Source: Sulfolobales archaeon (GTDB lineage: Archaea; Thermoproteota; Thermoprotei_A; Sulfolobales; AG1). Taken from it: a stretch of 48,317 nt of DNA. Every line of letters begins with the position of its first letter. Position 1 is the first letter of the stretch. Below are positions 39,620-48,317 of this stretch, piece after piece. Made by a program: the position numbers and the translations under genes. The stretch is taken from the NCBI GenBank assembly GCA_038867615.1, contig JAWBYA010000009.1:1-48317 (forward strand), in the 5' to 3' direction. The notes under the pieces were generated by a model. It had not been told where the DNA came from, made no database searches, and saw nothing but the letters and a program-made list of their open reading frames with translations.

Positions 39620-40675
39620 TTGTCTGCCAAGCCGCAGGCCGGTATAATGGGTTGGGGGGCATATATCCCCTTGTATAGGCTCAGAGCGTCTGAGATCGCC
39701 AGGATCTGGGGTTATGATGATTCTGTTGTTAAAAGCCTATGGATCGAGGAAAAAGCAGTAGGTGGTGCGGATGAAGATACCATCACCATCGGTTGGGAGG
39801 CTTCTAGATATGCTCTCATAAGAGCAAAGATCGATCCTGGGGAGGTTGGTGCTGTTTTTGTTGGTACAGAATCTAAACCATATGCTGTTAAGCCGAGTGC
39901 CACCATAGTTGCTGAGGCTCTCGGTATACCTCCTCAAAAACTTGCATCAGATCTCGAATTCGCATGTAGGGCAGCATCTGAGGCTATGAGGATCAGCGTA
40001 GGGCTTATAGCAAGCGGTATGATTAAGGCCTCGCTTGTGATAGGTGCTGACACAGCTCAGGCTTCGCCTGGTGATGTGCTTGAGTTCACTGCTAGCAGCG
40101 GTGGTGCGGCATTTGTTATCGGCGATCCTTCTAATTCTGTGGCTATTATAGAGGATAGTTATAGCTATATCACAGATACCCCCGATTTCTGGAGAAGAGA
40201 GGGTTTCCCATACCCCGAACATGGTGAGTCCTTCACCGGAGAGCCGGCTTATTTCAACCACATTATGAATGCTGTTAAAGGGCTTCTAGATAAGAGTGGA
40301 CTGAGGATCTCTGATTTCGACTACGTTATATTCCACCAACCCAACGGGAAGTTCCCTCTACAGGTTGGTTCGAAGCTCGGTGTACCTAAGGAAAAAATAC
40401 TCCCAGGGATAGTGACTCCTTATGTTGGTAATACATACAATGGCTCAGCCTTATTAGGGTTAGCAAGGGTTCTTGATATGGCTAAGCCTGGCTCGAGGAT
40501 CTTGCTAGCACCATTTGGGAGTGGCGCTGGTTCCGATGCATTCTCGATCCGTGTTCTAGATAGGATTGAGGAGAGGAGAGCCCTCGCACCCACGGTTGAT
40601 GATATGATTAAAAGGAAAAGCTACATACCATATGGAGAGTATGTTAAGGTTAGGAGGAAGATCGTGAAGGCGTAG
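39620..40675 (+). CDS. Archaeal HMG-CoA synthase
   Basis: GTESKPYAVKP, EFAC catalytic Cys, FHQPNGKFP, GNTY, FGSGAGSD. Confidence 0.95.
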   Translation: MSAKPQAGIMGWGAYIPLYRLRASEIARIWGYDDSVVKSLWIEEKAVGGADEDTITIGWEASRYALIRAKIDPGEVGAVFVGTESKPYAVKPSATIVAEALGIPPQKLASDLEFACRAASEAMRISVGLIASGMIKASLVIGADTAQASPGDVLEFTASSGGAAFVIGDPSNSVAIIEDSYSYITDTPDFWRREGFPYPEHGESFTGEPAYFNHIMNAVKGLLDKSGLRISDFDYVIFHQPNGKFPLQVGSKLGVPKEKILPGIVTPYVGNTYNGSALLGLARVLDMAKPGSRILLAPFGSGAGSDAFSIRVLDRIEERRALAPTVDDMIKRKSYIPYGEYVKVRRKIVKA

Positions 40676-40687
40676 TGGTGTCGAGAG

Positions 40688-41818
40688 ATGGCAAGGAGTG
40701 TGTTTATAAATGCAGGGGGCGCTGTTGAGGTTGATAGGCATTTCGATAAGGGCTTTAAGGCTCTAGCTCTCGAGGCTTTTAGGAGGCTTGAGAGCGGCTA
40801 TGGCTCTGTTGAGCCTGATACTCTTGTGATCTCTTCAATGGCTCCGGAGAGTATGTCTGAGCAGATAGGGATTGCAGGGGTTATTGCTGATCATCTTGCC
40901 TTGAGGAGGCTTAAAGTATTTAGGGTTGAGATGGGGGAGGCTAGCGGGTTAGCGGCCATTCTTACAGCCTATTCTCTTGTCTCTTCGGGCTTGTCCAGAG
41001 GTGTTCTTGTGATTGGCGTTGAGAAGGTCTCTGAATATCCTGTGTCGCTCATAGCTAAGGTTTATTCTATGATCGGTGATTCTGATTATACAGGGCTATA
41101 TGGTATTTCGCCAGCATCTGAGGCTGCTATTTTAGCTAAGATCTATATGGATAGATATGGATACTCATACGAAGATCTATTCAAATGGCCTGTTCTTATG
41201 CATAAAAATGCTGTGAAAAACCCCCATGCCCAGCTCAGGTTCATGCTTAAGAGCGATTCTTACAAGGACTCTCCTATCATCTCAGAGCCGTTAAGGCTTC
41301 TCGACGCTTACCCCTTTGGGGATGGCGCCTCCGCCCTCTATATATCTGGTGCACCTGGTGATACTGCTGTTGAGATCTCTGGTGTTGGTTCTTCTAACGA
41401 TTCTTGCGATGCCGTCTCGAGAGAAGATCCTCTTTTCTTCAGATCTGTGCGGGAGAGTTTTGACGACGCCCTGAGAATGGCTGGGATCGCTAGGGATCGT
41501 GTGAAGTATATAGAGATACATGATAGCTATACTCCTTATGCATATATAGTTCTAGAATCCCTAGGCCTTGTTGAAAGAGGCGATGCTCCTAGAAAGATTT
41601 CAATGGAATCCTCATCGATAGACACAACATACGTGAATATTAGCGGCGGTCTTAAAGCTAGGGGGCATCCGTGGGGGGCTACTGGCGTTTACCAGACATA
41701 CGAGGTTTTCCGATCATTACTCGGAGAAGCCGAGCTTAGCGATAGCTATGGGGCTGTCCAGAGTATGAATGGCCCTGGTTCTCAGAGCTATTCAGTTATT
41801 ATGAGGAGGGTGAGGTAG
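40688..41818 (+). CDS. Acetoacetyl-CoA thiolase-fold protein of the HMGCS/DUF35 complex (catalytic Cys residues replaced)
   Basis: GVEK, NPHAQ, DGASA, EIHDSY, SGGLKARGHPWGATG; operon context. Confidence 0.88.
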   Translation: MARSVFINAGGAVEVDRHFDKGFKALALEAFRRLESGYGSVEPDTLVISSMAPESMSEQIGIAGVIADHLALRRLKVFRVEMGEASGLAAILTAYSLVSSGLSRGVLVIGVEKVSEYPVSLIAKVYSMIGDSDYTGLYGISPASEAAILAKIYMDRYGYSYEDLFKWPVLMHKNAVKNPHAQLRFMLKSDSYKDSPIISEPLRLLDAYPFGDGASALYISGAPGDTAVEISGVGSSNDSCDAVSREDPLFFRSVRESFDDALRMAGIARDRVKYIEIHDSYTPYAYIVLESLGLVERGDAPRKISMESSSIDTTYVNISGGLKARGHPWGATGVYQTYEVFRSLLGEAELSDSYGAVQSMNGPGSQSYSVIMRRVR

Positions 41819-41819
41819 C

Positions 41820-42254
41820 ATGTTGAAAGACTCTGCTCCAAGGATATGGAGGATGAGGGATAACCTATACAGGATTAGGTATTCTAGGTGCAAAGCCTGT
41901 GGAGCCAGCTTCTACCCCGCCAGGGCTTCCTGCATCAGGTGTTCTTCGAGGGATGTTGAGGTTAGGGTTTCATCAGGCCTCGGGACTCTGGTTGAGTATA
42001 CAGTGCTATATCAAGTTCCCGCCAGGATGCAGGATAATGCTCCCATGGTTATAGGTGTTGTGAGGCTTGACGAGGGCTTCGAGCTCTATGGGGTTATTGT
42101 CGATGCTGATATTAAGGATCTTAGGAAGGGGATGAGGGTTGAGGCTGCACTTAGAAGGCTCAGGGTTGACGGTTCCTCGGGTTTGATAACATATGGTATT
42201 AAGTTCAGACCTGTGATCGGTGCTGCTCATGGGGAGGGTTCTGGGCGAGGATAA
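41820..42254 (+). CDS. DUF35 Zn-ribbon/OB-fold scaffold protein
   Basis: CKACG..YP.R..CIRC, OB fold, YGIKFRP. Confidence 0.92.
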   Translation: MLKDSAPRIWRMRDNLYRIRYSRCKACGASFYPARASCIRCSSRDVEVRVSSGLGTLVEYTVLYQVPARMQDNAPMVIGVVRLDEGFELYGVIVDADIKDLRKGMRVEAALRRLRVDGSSGLITYGIKFRPVIGAAHGEGSGRG

Positions 42255-43479
42255 GCTTAGAGAGGTTATTGATAAGCTTAAGAAGGGCGAGGTCAGGCTA
42301 AGCGATGTTGACAGTATTGTTGGTAATAAGAATCTCGGTACGCTTGTCAGAAGGCTCTTCCTAGAGGAGGTGAAGGGGGTCTCGCTATCCTCTATAGGCT
42401 CTACTATAATAGATTTCGAGGAGGTTGTTGGTAGGAATATAGAGAACCCGATTGGTGCTGTCCAGATCCCTTTGGGTGTTGCAGGCCCTCTGAGGATTGT
42501 TGGGGAGCATGTTTCGGGTGATTTCTATATACCTCTAGCCACAACCGAGGGGGCTTTGGTTGCCAGTGTCTCTAGAGGGAGTAAGGCTATCACGATGAGT
42601 GGCGGTGCATATGCTATAGTATATAGGGATGGTATGACTAGAGCTCCTCTCTTCAAGGTTTCTAGCGTTAAGAAGGCCCTCGAGCTTGTGAAATGGGTTT
42701 CAGATAATTTCGAAGAGATTAAGAGGGTTGCTGAGAGTACTACTAGGCATGGTAAGCTCGTATCTATAGATCCGTACATAGCTGGTAATAATGTATGGCT
42801 TAGATTCAAGTTCGCTACAGGGGATGCTATGGGTATGAATATGGTTACAATAGCTGTTGATAAGGCTGTGAGGTTTATTGCAGAGAAGTTTGGTGGGGCA
42901 GAGCTAGTAGCCCTTAGTGGTAACATGTGTGTTGATAAGAAGCCATCGTATATGAACTCTATTCTTGGCAGGGGTAAGGGTGTTGTTGCAGAAGCTATTA
43001 TTAAGAAGGATGTTGTTTCGAGCGTGTTGAAGACAAGCGTTGTGGATATGGTTGAGGTTAACAATAGGAAGAATCTTCTTGGAACATCAATGGCGGGAGG
43101 CATTGGTTTGAATGCACATGCCGCTAACATTGTAGCCGCTATCTTTATAGCCACTGGCCAGGATGTGGCTCAGGTTGTTGAGAGCAGCACTGCATATACA
43201 TGGCTTGAGGAGACGCAGGATGGTGATCTCTACGCTTCAGTCACGCTCCCTAGTCTTGAGATAGGCACTGTTGGTGGAGGTACATGGCTCCCCACCCAGA
43301 GGGAGGCTCTAGCACTGCTTGGTGTCTATGGACCTGGTAACCCGCCTGGGGCTAATGCTGTTAAGCTGGCCGAGATCATAGCCTCTGCAGTCCTTGCTGG
43401 GGAGGTGAACCTCATAGCCGCTATAGCTTCGGGAGAGCTTGCTAGGGCTCATGAGAGGCTAGCCAGGGCTCGTGGTTAG
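42229..43479 (+). CDS. hmgA: Class I (NADPH) HMG-CoA reductase
   Basis: ENPIG, TTEG, DAMGMN, GTVGGGT, catalytic His in AHERL. Confidence 0.96.
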   Translation: MGRVLGEDKLREVIDKLKKGEVRLSDVDSIVGNKNLGTLVRRLFLEEVKGVSLSSIGSTIIDFEEVVGRNIENPIGAVQIPLGVAGPLRIVGEHVSGDFYIPLATTEGALVASVSRGSKAITMSGGAYAIVYRDGMTRAPLFKVSSVKKALELVKWVSDNFEEIKRVAESTTRHGKLVSIDPYIAGNNVWLRFKFATGDAMGMNMVTIAVDKAVRFIAEKFGGAELVALSGNMCVDKKPSYMNSILGRGKGVVAEAIIKKDVVSSVLKTSVVDMVEVNNRKNLLGTSMAGGIGLNAHAANIVAAIFIATGQDVAQVVESSTAYTWLEETQDGDLYASVTLPSLEIGTVGGGTWLPTQREALALLGVYGPGNPPGANAVKLAEIIASAVLAGEVNLIAAIASGELARAHERLARARG

Positions 43480-43528
43480 TGTTTAATTGTTATCTTTTCC
43501 TAGGTAGTTTTTACCGGGGACGGGTTCT

Positions 43529-43900
43529 TTGAGTGAATGGAAGCCCTTCCTGGCTTCGGGCAGGCTTGTTGGGGATTATACGCCTATAAAGATTTATCAG
43601 GAGGTTGCTAGGGAGATGGGGAGGGATCCGGGTTCTGTTGTTATTTCATCCGAGGATCTTGGGTATCTCAGAAACCTGGTTGTTTCTAGCAGCGTTAGGG
43701 ATGTTATGAGTCTGGTGTCCATGCTCGCACCCCTCGTTAAGACGAGAATAGATCCTTCTGTTGCTAGGGAGGTTTATAAGAGGTACCTCGGTGTCGATGT
43801 CGGTGAGGATAGAGCTGTTGAGATGATCTCTGAGCTGGTTGCTAAGTGGTGTATAGAGGCCGCAGAGCTTATGGGTATTATCAGTATAAAGGGTTTCTAG
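43529..43900 (+). CDS. Hypothetical protein
   Basis: 123-aa ORF with typical codon use, downstream of hmgA. Confidence 0.65.
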   Translation: MSEWKPFLASGRLVGDYTPIKIYQEVAREMGRDPGSVVISSEDLGYLRNLVVSSSVRDVMSLVSMLAPLVKTRIDPSVAREVYKRYLGVDVGEDRAVEMISELVAKWCIEAAELMGIISIKGF

Positions 43901-45057
43901 AGGTTTTCTAGGGCGCGTTCTATATCGTTTATTATATCCTCTATATCCTCAAGCCCCACCGAGATCCTTATAAGGCTGTCACTAATCCCCATGGCTTCTC
44001 TCTCTTCTTTTGAATGGTGTCTATGGCTCATTGATGCTGGGTGGCTTACCAGGGTTTCTGGTCCTCCGAATGTTCCTGCTGGTTTTGCTAGTCTCAGCTC
44101 TCTCATGAACTTCAGTGTACCATCTAGATCTGTTTTGAGCTCTATGCTTACTATCCCTCCATACCCCTTGAGGATCTTTTTTGCTATTCTGTGGCTTGGA
44201 TGGCTCTCTAGACCTGGGTAATAGATCCTCGCTATTTTCTTATTATCCTGGAGGGTTTTTGCCAGGATCTCTGCGTTTTTGTTATGATGATGCATTCTTA
44301 TATGGAGGGTTTTTAACCCTCTTATTACTAGGAAGGATGTGAAGGGATCCATTATTGTTCCGAGATCCGATCTCTTATCCCTTATCTGTTCCACAAGATC
44401 TGCCTCTCCTGCGACTATACCGCCTATTATGTCGTTATGCCCTCCTAGGTATTTTGAGGCACTATGGATCACTATGCTTGCCCCCATTTCTGATGGTCTG
44501 AGGTTTACTGGTGTTGGTATCGTGTTATCAACTATGAGTATCGATCCCTGGCTTTTACAGATCTTCCCTATTTCCTCTAGATCCACTACTTTTAATAGAG
44601 GGTTTGACTCTGACTCTACGAAAACCACGTCTGGTTTTAATCTCTCGATATTATCTACGATCTCTTCTGCTGATGATTCTATTAATCTGAAGTTCATTTT
44701 CTCCGAGAGTTCTCTTGCTAGGACGACTATTCTCGAGAAGATATCCCTCTGGATCAGCATTTTAGAGCCTGGTTTTAGAAGGGTTAGGAAGGTTGTTGAT
44801 ATTGCTGACATTCCTGAAGAGAACGCTGCTGCTGATGGGTAGCCCTCGATCTCTGCTATCTTTTCTTCAAGCGCTGTTACTGTTGGGTTTGCTTCTCTGG
44901 AGTATAGATACATTCTGGCTAGCGAGGGTGTTATGAAGCCTGCTGTGAGGTATATCGGTACTTCTAGGGGTTTTTCGGGTACTATTATATCTTCTCCCGA
45001 GTGTATTAGTCTTGTACCAATCCCCTTCCTCTCCACATACCCCCACCCCCGCTCCAC
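43897..45057 (-). CDS. Cys/Met metabolism PLP enzyme (cystathionine gamma-synthase/lyase family)
   Basis: YSREANPT, SSGMSA, ESESNP, VDNT, HSASKYLGGH, RISVGLE. Confidence 0.93.
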   Translation of the reverse strand: MERGWGYVERKGIGTRLIHSGEDIIVPEKPLEVPIYLTAGFITPSLARMYLYSREANPTVTALEEKIAEIEGYPSAAAFSSGMSAISTTFLTLLKPGSKMLIQRDIFSRIVVLARELSEKMNFRLIESSAEEIVDNIERLKPDVVFVESESNPLLKVVDLEEIGKICKSQGSILIVDNTIPTPVNLRPSEMGASIVIHSASKYLGGHNDIIGGIVAGEADLVEQIRDKRSDLGTIMDPFTSFLVIRGLKTLHIRMHHHNKNAEILAKTLQDNKKIARIYYPGLESHPSHRIAKKILKGYGGIVSIELKTDLDGTLKFMRELRLAKPAGTFGGPETLVSHPASMSHRHHSKEEREAMGISDSLIRISVGLEDIEDIINDIERALENL

Positions 45058-45091
45058 CTCTTTCCATTCACTATCGTTTCGGCGTATATAT

Positions 45092-46468
45092 TTATTTCGC
45101 TTTTCTCTTGGCAGCTATGACTATAAAATCCCCCACATTTGTGCCTGTATATCCTGTGTATATACTTCTCCCGAGCCTTGATAATGCTGTGTAGCTGTCG
45201 TTGTTATCAAGATATTCAGTGAGATCCACTCCCCTCTGTTCGGCTTCTTCGAGGAGTTTCCAGTCACCTATGCCGCCTGCTCCCGGGCTATTCCCGTCTA
45301 TCCCGTCACTCCCCATCGATGCTACTATACTCTCTTCCCAGCCTCTTAGTTTTAGTGATGCTGAGAGGGCTAGTTCGTGGTTTCTTCCACCAACACCTTT
45401 TCCCGTGACCTTGACTGTTGTTTCTCCTGATGCTAGTATTATTGCTGGTGGTTCTACTGGCTCTCCATGGCTTAGTATTGTTTTGGCTATCCCTGCTAGT
45501 GCTTTTCCCGCTTCTCTCGCCTCTCCCTCTATCATGTTGCTTAGTATCAGCGATCTATAGCCTTTGGCTATGCATGCTCTTCTCATCGCCTTTAAACCAT
45601 CGATGCTGGATATTATTATTATGTTCTCTATGCTCTCTAGCAATGGATCTCTTGGTTTCGGCGTTTCTTCGATCTCGCCTCTACATCCTTTCTCAATGAT
45701 TCTGGCTATGTTTTCCGGGATATTGTGTCTGCCTAGTCTTCTGGCTAGTATTTTCTGTGCATCGCAGTAGGTAGATCTATCTGGTACTGTGGGGCCTGAG
45801 GCTATTGTGTCTAGCTGATCTCCTATTACGTCGCTGGCTATTAGTGTGATCACCCTAGCCCCTCTCTCCCTAAGCATCCTGCCCAGCCGCCCGCCTTTTA
45901 CTGCTGATAGGTGTTTCCTTACTATGTTTAGCTCTTCTATTGTTGCTCCTGATCTTAGTAATAGCTGTGTTACCCTAGCTATATCCTCTATCTCAACCCC
46001 TTCTAAAGGTATTTCGAAAAGGGCTGATCCGCCGCCGGATATTAATAATAATACCGTGTCTCCTTCGCCTGCTTGGCTAAGGATCTCTAGTAATTTTTTC
46101 GAGGACTCTAGGGTACCTCTTCCCGGGATCGGGTGCTCTCCAAACATTATTTCAGAGGGTTTCTCCTCCTTGCCGTGCTCTCTAGGGGCTATTACGGCGC
46201 TCTGGCTTACAAGATCTCCGAGTATGCTTTTTATGCTGCGAAGCATTTTTATAGATGCTTTTCCAAAACCCGCTATTATTACCCTTTCTCCGAGCTCTAT
46301 TCTCTTACCATGAATCTCTATTGTTTTTCCATCGAGCTTCAGTTTCTCGGGGATAGCATTCTCCGGGTCGATTGCTTTTAACCCTTCCTCAAGGATCTCG
46401 ATCACATCGCTGTGTAACTCACTGTGGATCAGCTCCTCCCTATTGAGCACATACAATAAAGGCACCAA
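45092..46468 (-). CDS. Glycerate 2-kinase (MOFRL family)
   Basis: GFGKAS, EHPIP, ISGGGSAL, RKHLSAVKGG, SGETTV, GGRN, DGIDG, TGTNVGD. Confidence 0.93.
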   Translation of the reverse strand: MVPLLYVLNREELIHSELHSDVIEILEEGLKAIDPENAIPEKLKLDGKTIEIHGKRIELGERVIIAGFGKASIKMLRSIKSILGDLVSQSAVIAPREHGKEEKPSEIMFGEHPIPGRGTLESSKKLLEILSQAGEGDTVLLLISGGGSALFEIPLEGVEIEDIARVTQLLLRSGATIEELNIVRKHLSAVKGGRLGRMLRERGARVITLIASDVIGDQLDTIASGPTVPDRSTYCDAQKILARRLGRHNIPENIARIIEKGCRGEIEETPKPRDPLLESIENIIIISSIDGLKAMRRACIAKGYRSLILSNMIEGEAREAGKALAGIAKTILSHGEPVEPPAIILASGETTVKVTGKGVGGRNHELALSASLKLRGWEESIVASMGSDGIDGNSPGAGGIGDWKLLEEAEQRGVDLTEYLDNNDSYTALSRLGRSIYTGYTGTNVGDFIVIAAKRKAK

Positions 46469-47010
46469 ATAATATACCTGGCTAGGATTATTACCAACGA
46501 TCCCTGCTCAATGTGATTCAGGACTTCTTCGTTGTTGTTTTATCAACTAATTTTCCACGGCTTCATGGGTCCTGAGGCTCTTTTCATTTGAACTCATGTA
46601 CTCAGCCTCAGCTCAATGCCGTAGGGAAACTTCTACATCCTGGCTTTGTTTAACCCGCACCTCGGGTCTCTATCTCTGCTCTAGCTGTTGGGTGGGTATT
46701 CCCATAAGAATAACAGGGCTTATTCTATGTTACCACAGAATTACGAACTTAATACCAATCCATATAGACCATCATGAGGTTCGAAGCAGTTGACTACGGC
46801 TTAGTATCTTCAGGCTTGCCTTACCTACAGCAATGAGCGTGGGTAGATATTATTCCTGATTTAGACCTAACAGGGATACACGACCCCACAGAAATCTCTA
46901 CCCCTGTGTGGGTGGAATGCCGGCTTCATAGAAGAAAAACAAAAAATATCAACAAATATCCAGGGGGTGGATGGAAATACAGGGGTGCTAACTGTATATA
47001 TCCATCGATC

Positions 47011-47035
47011 CCCATAGAAAGGGTTTTAAGCTCCA
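47011..47035 (+). promoter_or_regulatory. Probable rRNA operon promoter
   Basis: Purine-rich BRE-like AGAAAGGG then TTTTAAG (47024-47030) just before the GC-rich leader. Confidence 0.5.
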
Positions 47036-47054
47036 GAAACCACTAATTATATTG

Positions 47055-47274
47055 GGCTCTGCCCTCCCCGCGATCTCCGGCGGCGGCTCGGGCTGACTGG
47101 GATGCAACATCCCTGGGATGAAGCACCGGCCTCCAATCGCGGGGACAGGCACGATAACAAGTGGGGGTCCGAAGCCCCGGGGATCCTATCCCCGGGAGGC
47201 TCGGATCCGACATAGGCGCTCCAGAAACACCACGCACCACCCCAAGCCACAACCCCCGCGGCCTTGCGGCCGCG
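47055..47274 (+). other. Pre-rRNA 5' external transcribed spacer
   Basis: Abrupt GC rise; hairpins CCCGGGGAT/ATCCCCGGG and CGCGGCC/GGCCGCG directly before 16S. Confidence 0.7.

Positions 47275-48317
<1,043 letters not shown>

Noticed and set aside
46880-47000. GGAAATACAGGGG and nearby G-strings considered as replication-origin ORB elements
   Set aside because: Lacks the TCCA..GAAA core repeated in inverted arrangement, and there is no cdc6/orc1 nearby.

Overview
Window from a thermophilic crenarchaeon (Thermoprotei, Desulfurococcales-like; inferred from the 16S sequence, tRNA bodies, S25e, TIP49 and frequent TTG/GTG starts). It starts inside a repeat and ends inside 16S rRNA, so it is probably a whole contig. 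Most of it is housekeeping: proS, a rearranged A1A0 ATP synthase cluster, trmI, rps25e, citrate synthase, split lipoate ligase, ilvE, trpB2 plus a SerK-family kinase, an anchored S8 protease, TIP49, NAD kinase, Nob1, an NSUN6-like methylase, an orphan oxoacid:ferredoxin oxidoreductase beta subunit, Sua5, the upper mevalonate operon, a transsulfuration enzyme and glycerate kinase. The main signals not in the ORF track are: (1) a promoter-preceded 5' half of tRNA-Gln(UUG) ending at 37/38 with a GC-rich trailer and no 3' half in the window, a candidate trans-spliced split tRNA; (2) a trpB2-serK pair that could make O-phosphoserine for indole salvage, in which serK and an ATPase H-like gene appear to need non-AUG/GUG/UUG starts, with a Trp-containing micro-uORF over the trpB2 start; (3) a 45-nt hairpin BHB intron at 16S position 374; (4) a box C/D sRNA whose guide matches the 16S in this window; (5) an 84-bp identical structured repeat resembling an IS200/IS605 tnpB 3' end; (6) a mevalonate thiolase lacking both catalytic cysteines. 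All calls come from reading motifs by eye; no database searches were run.
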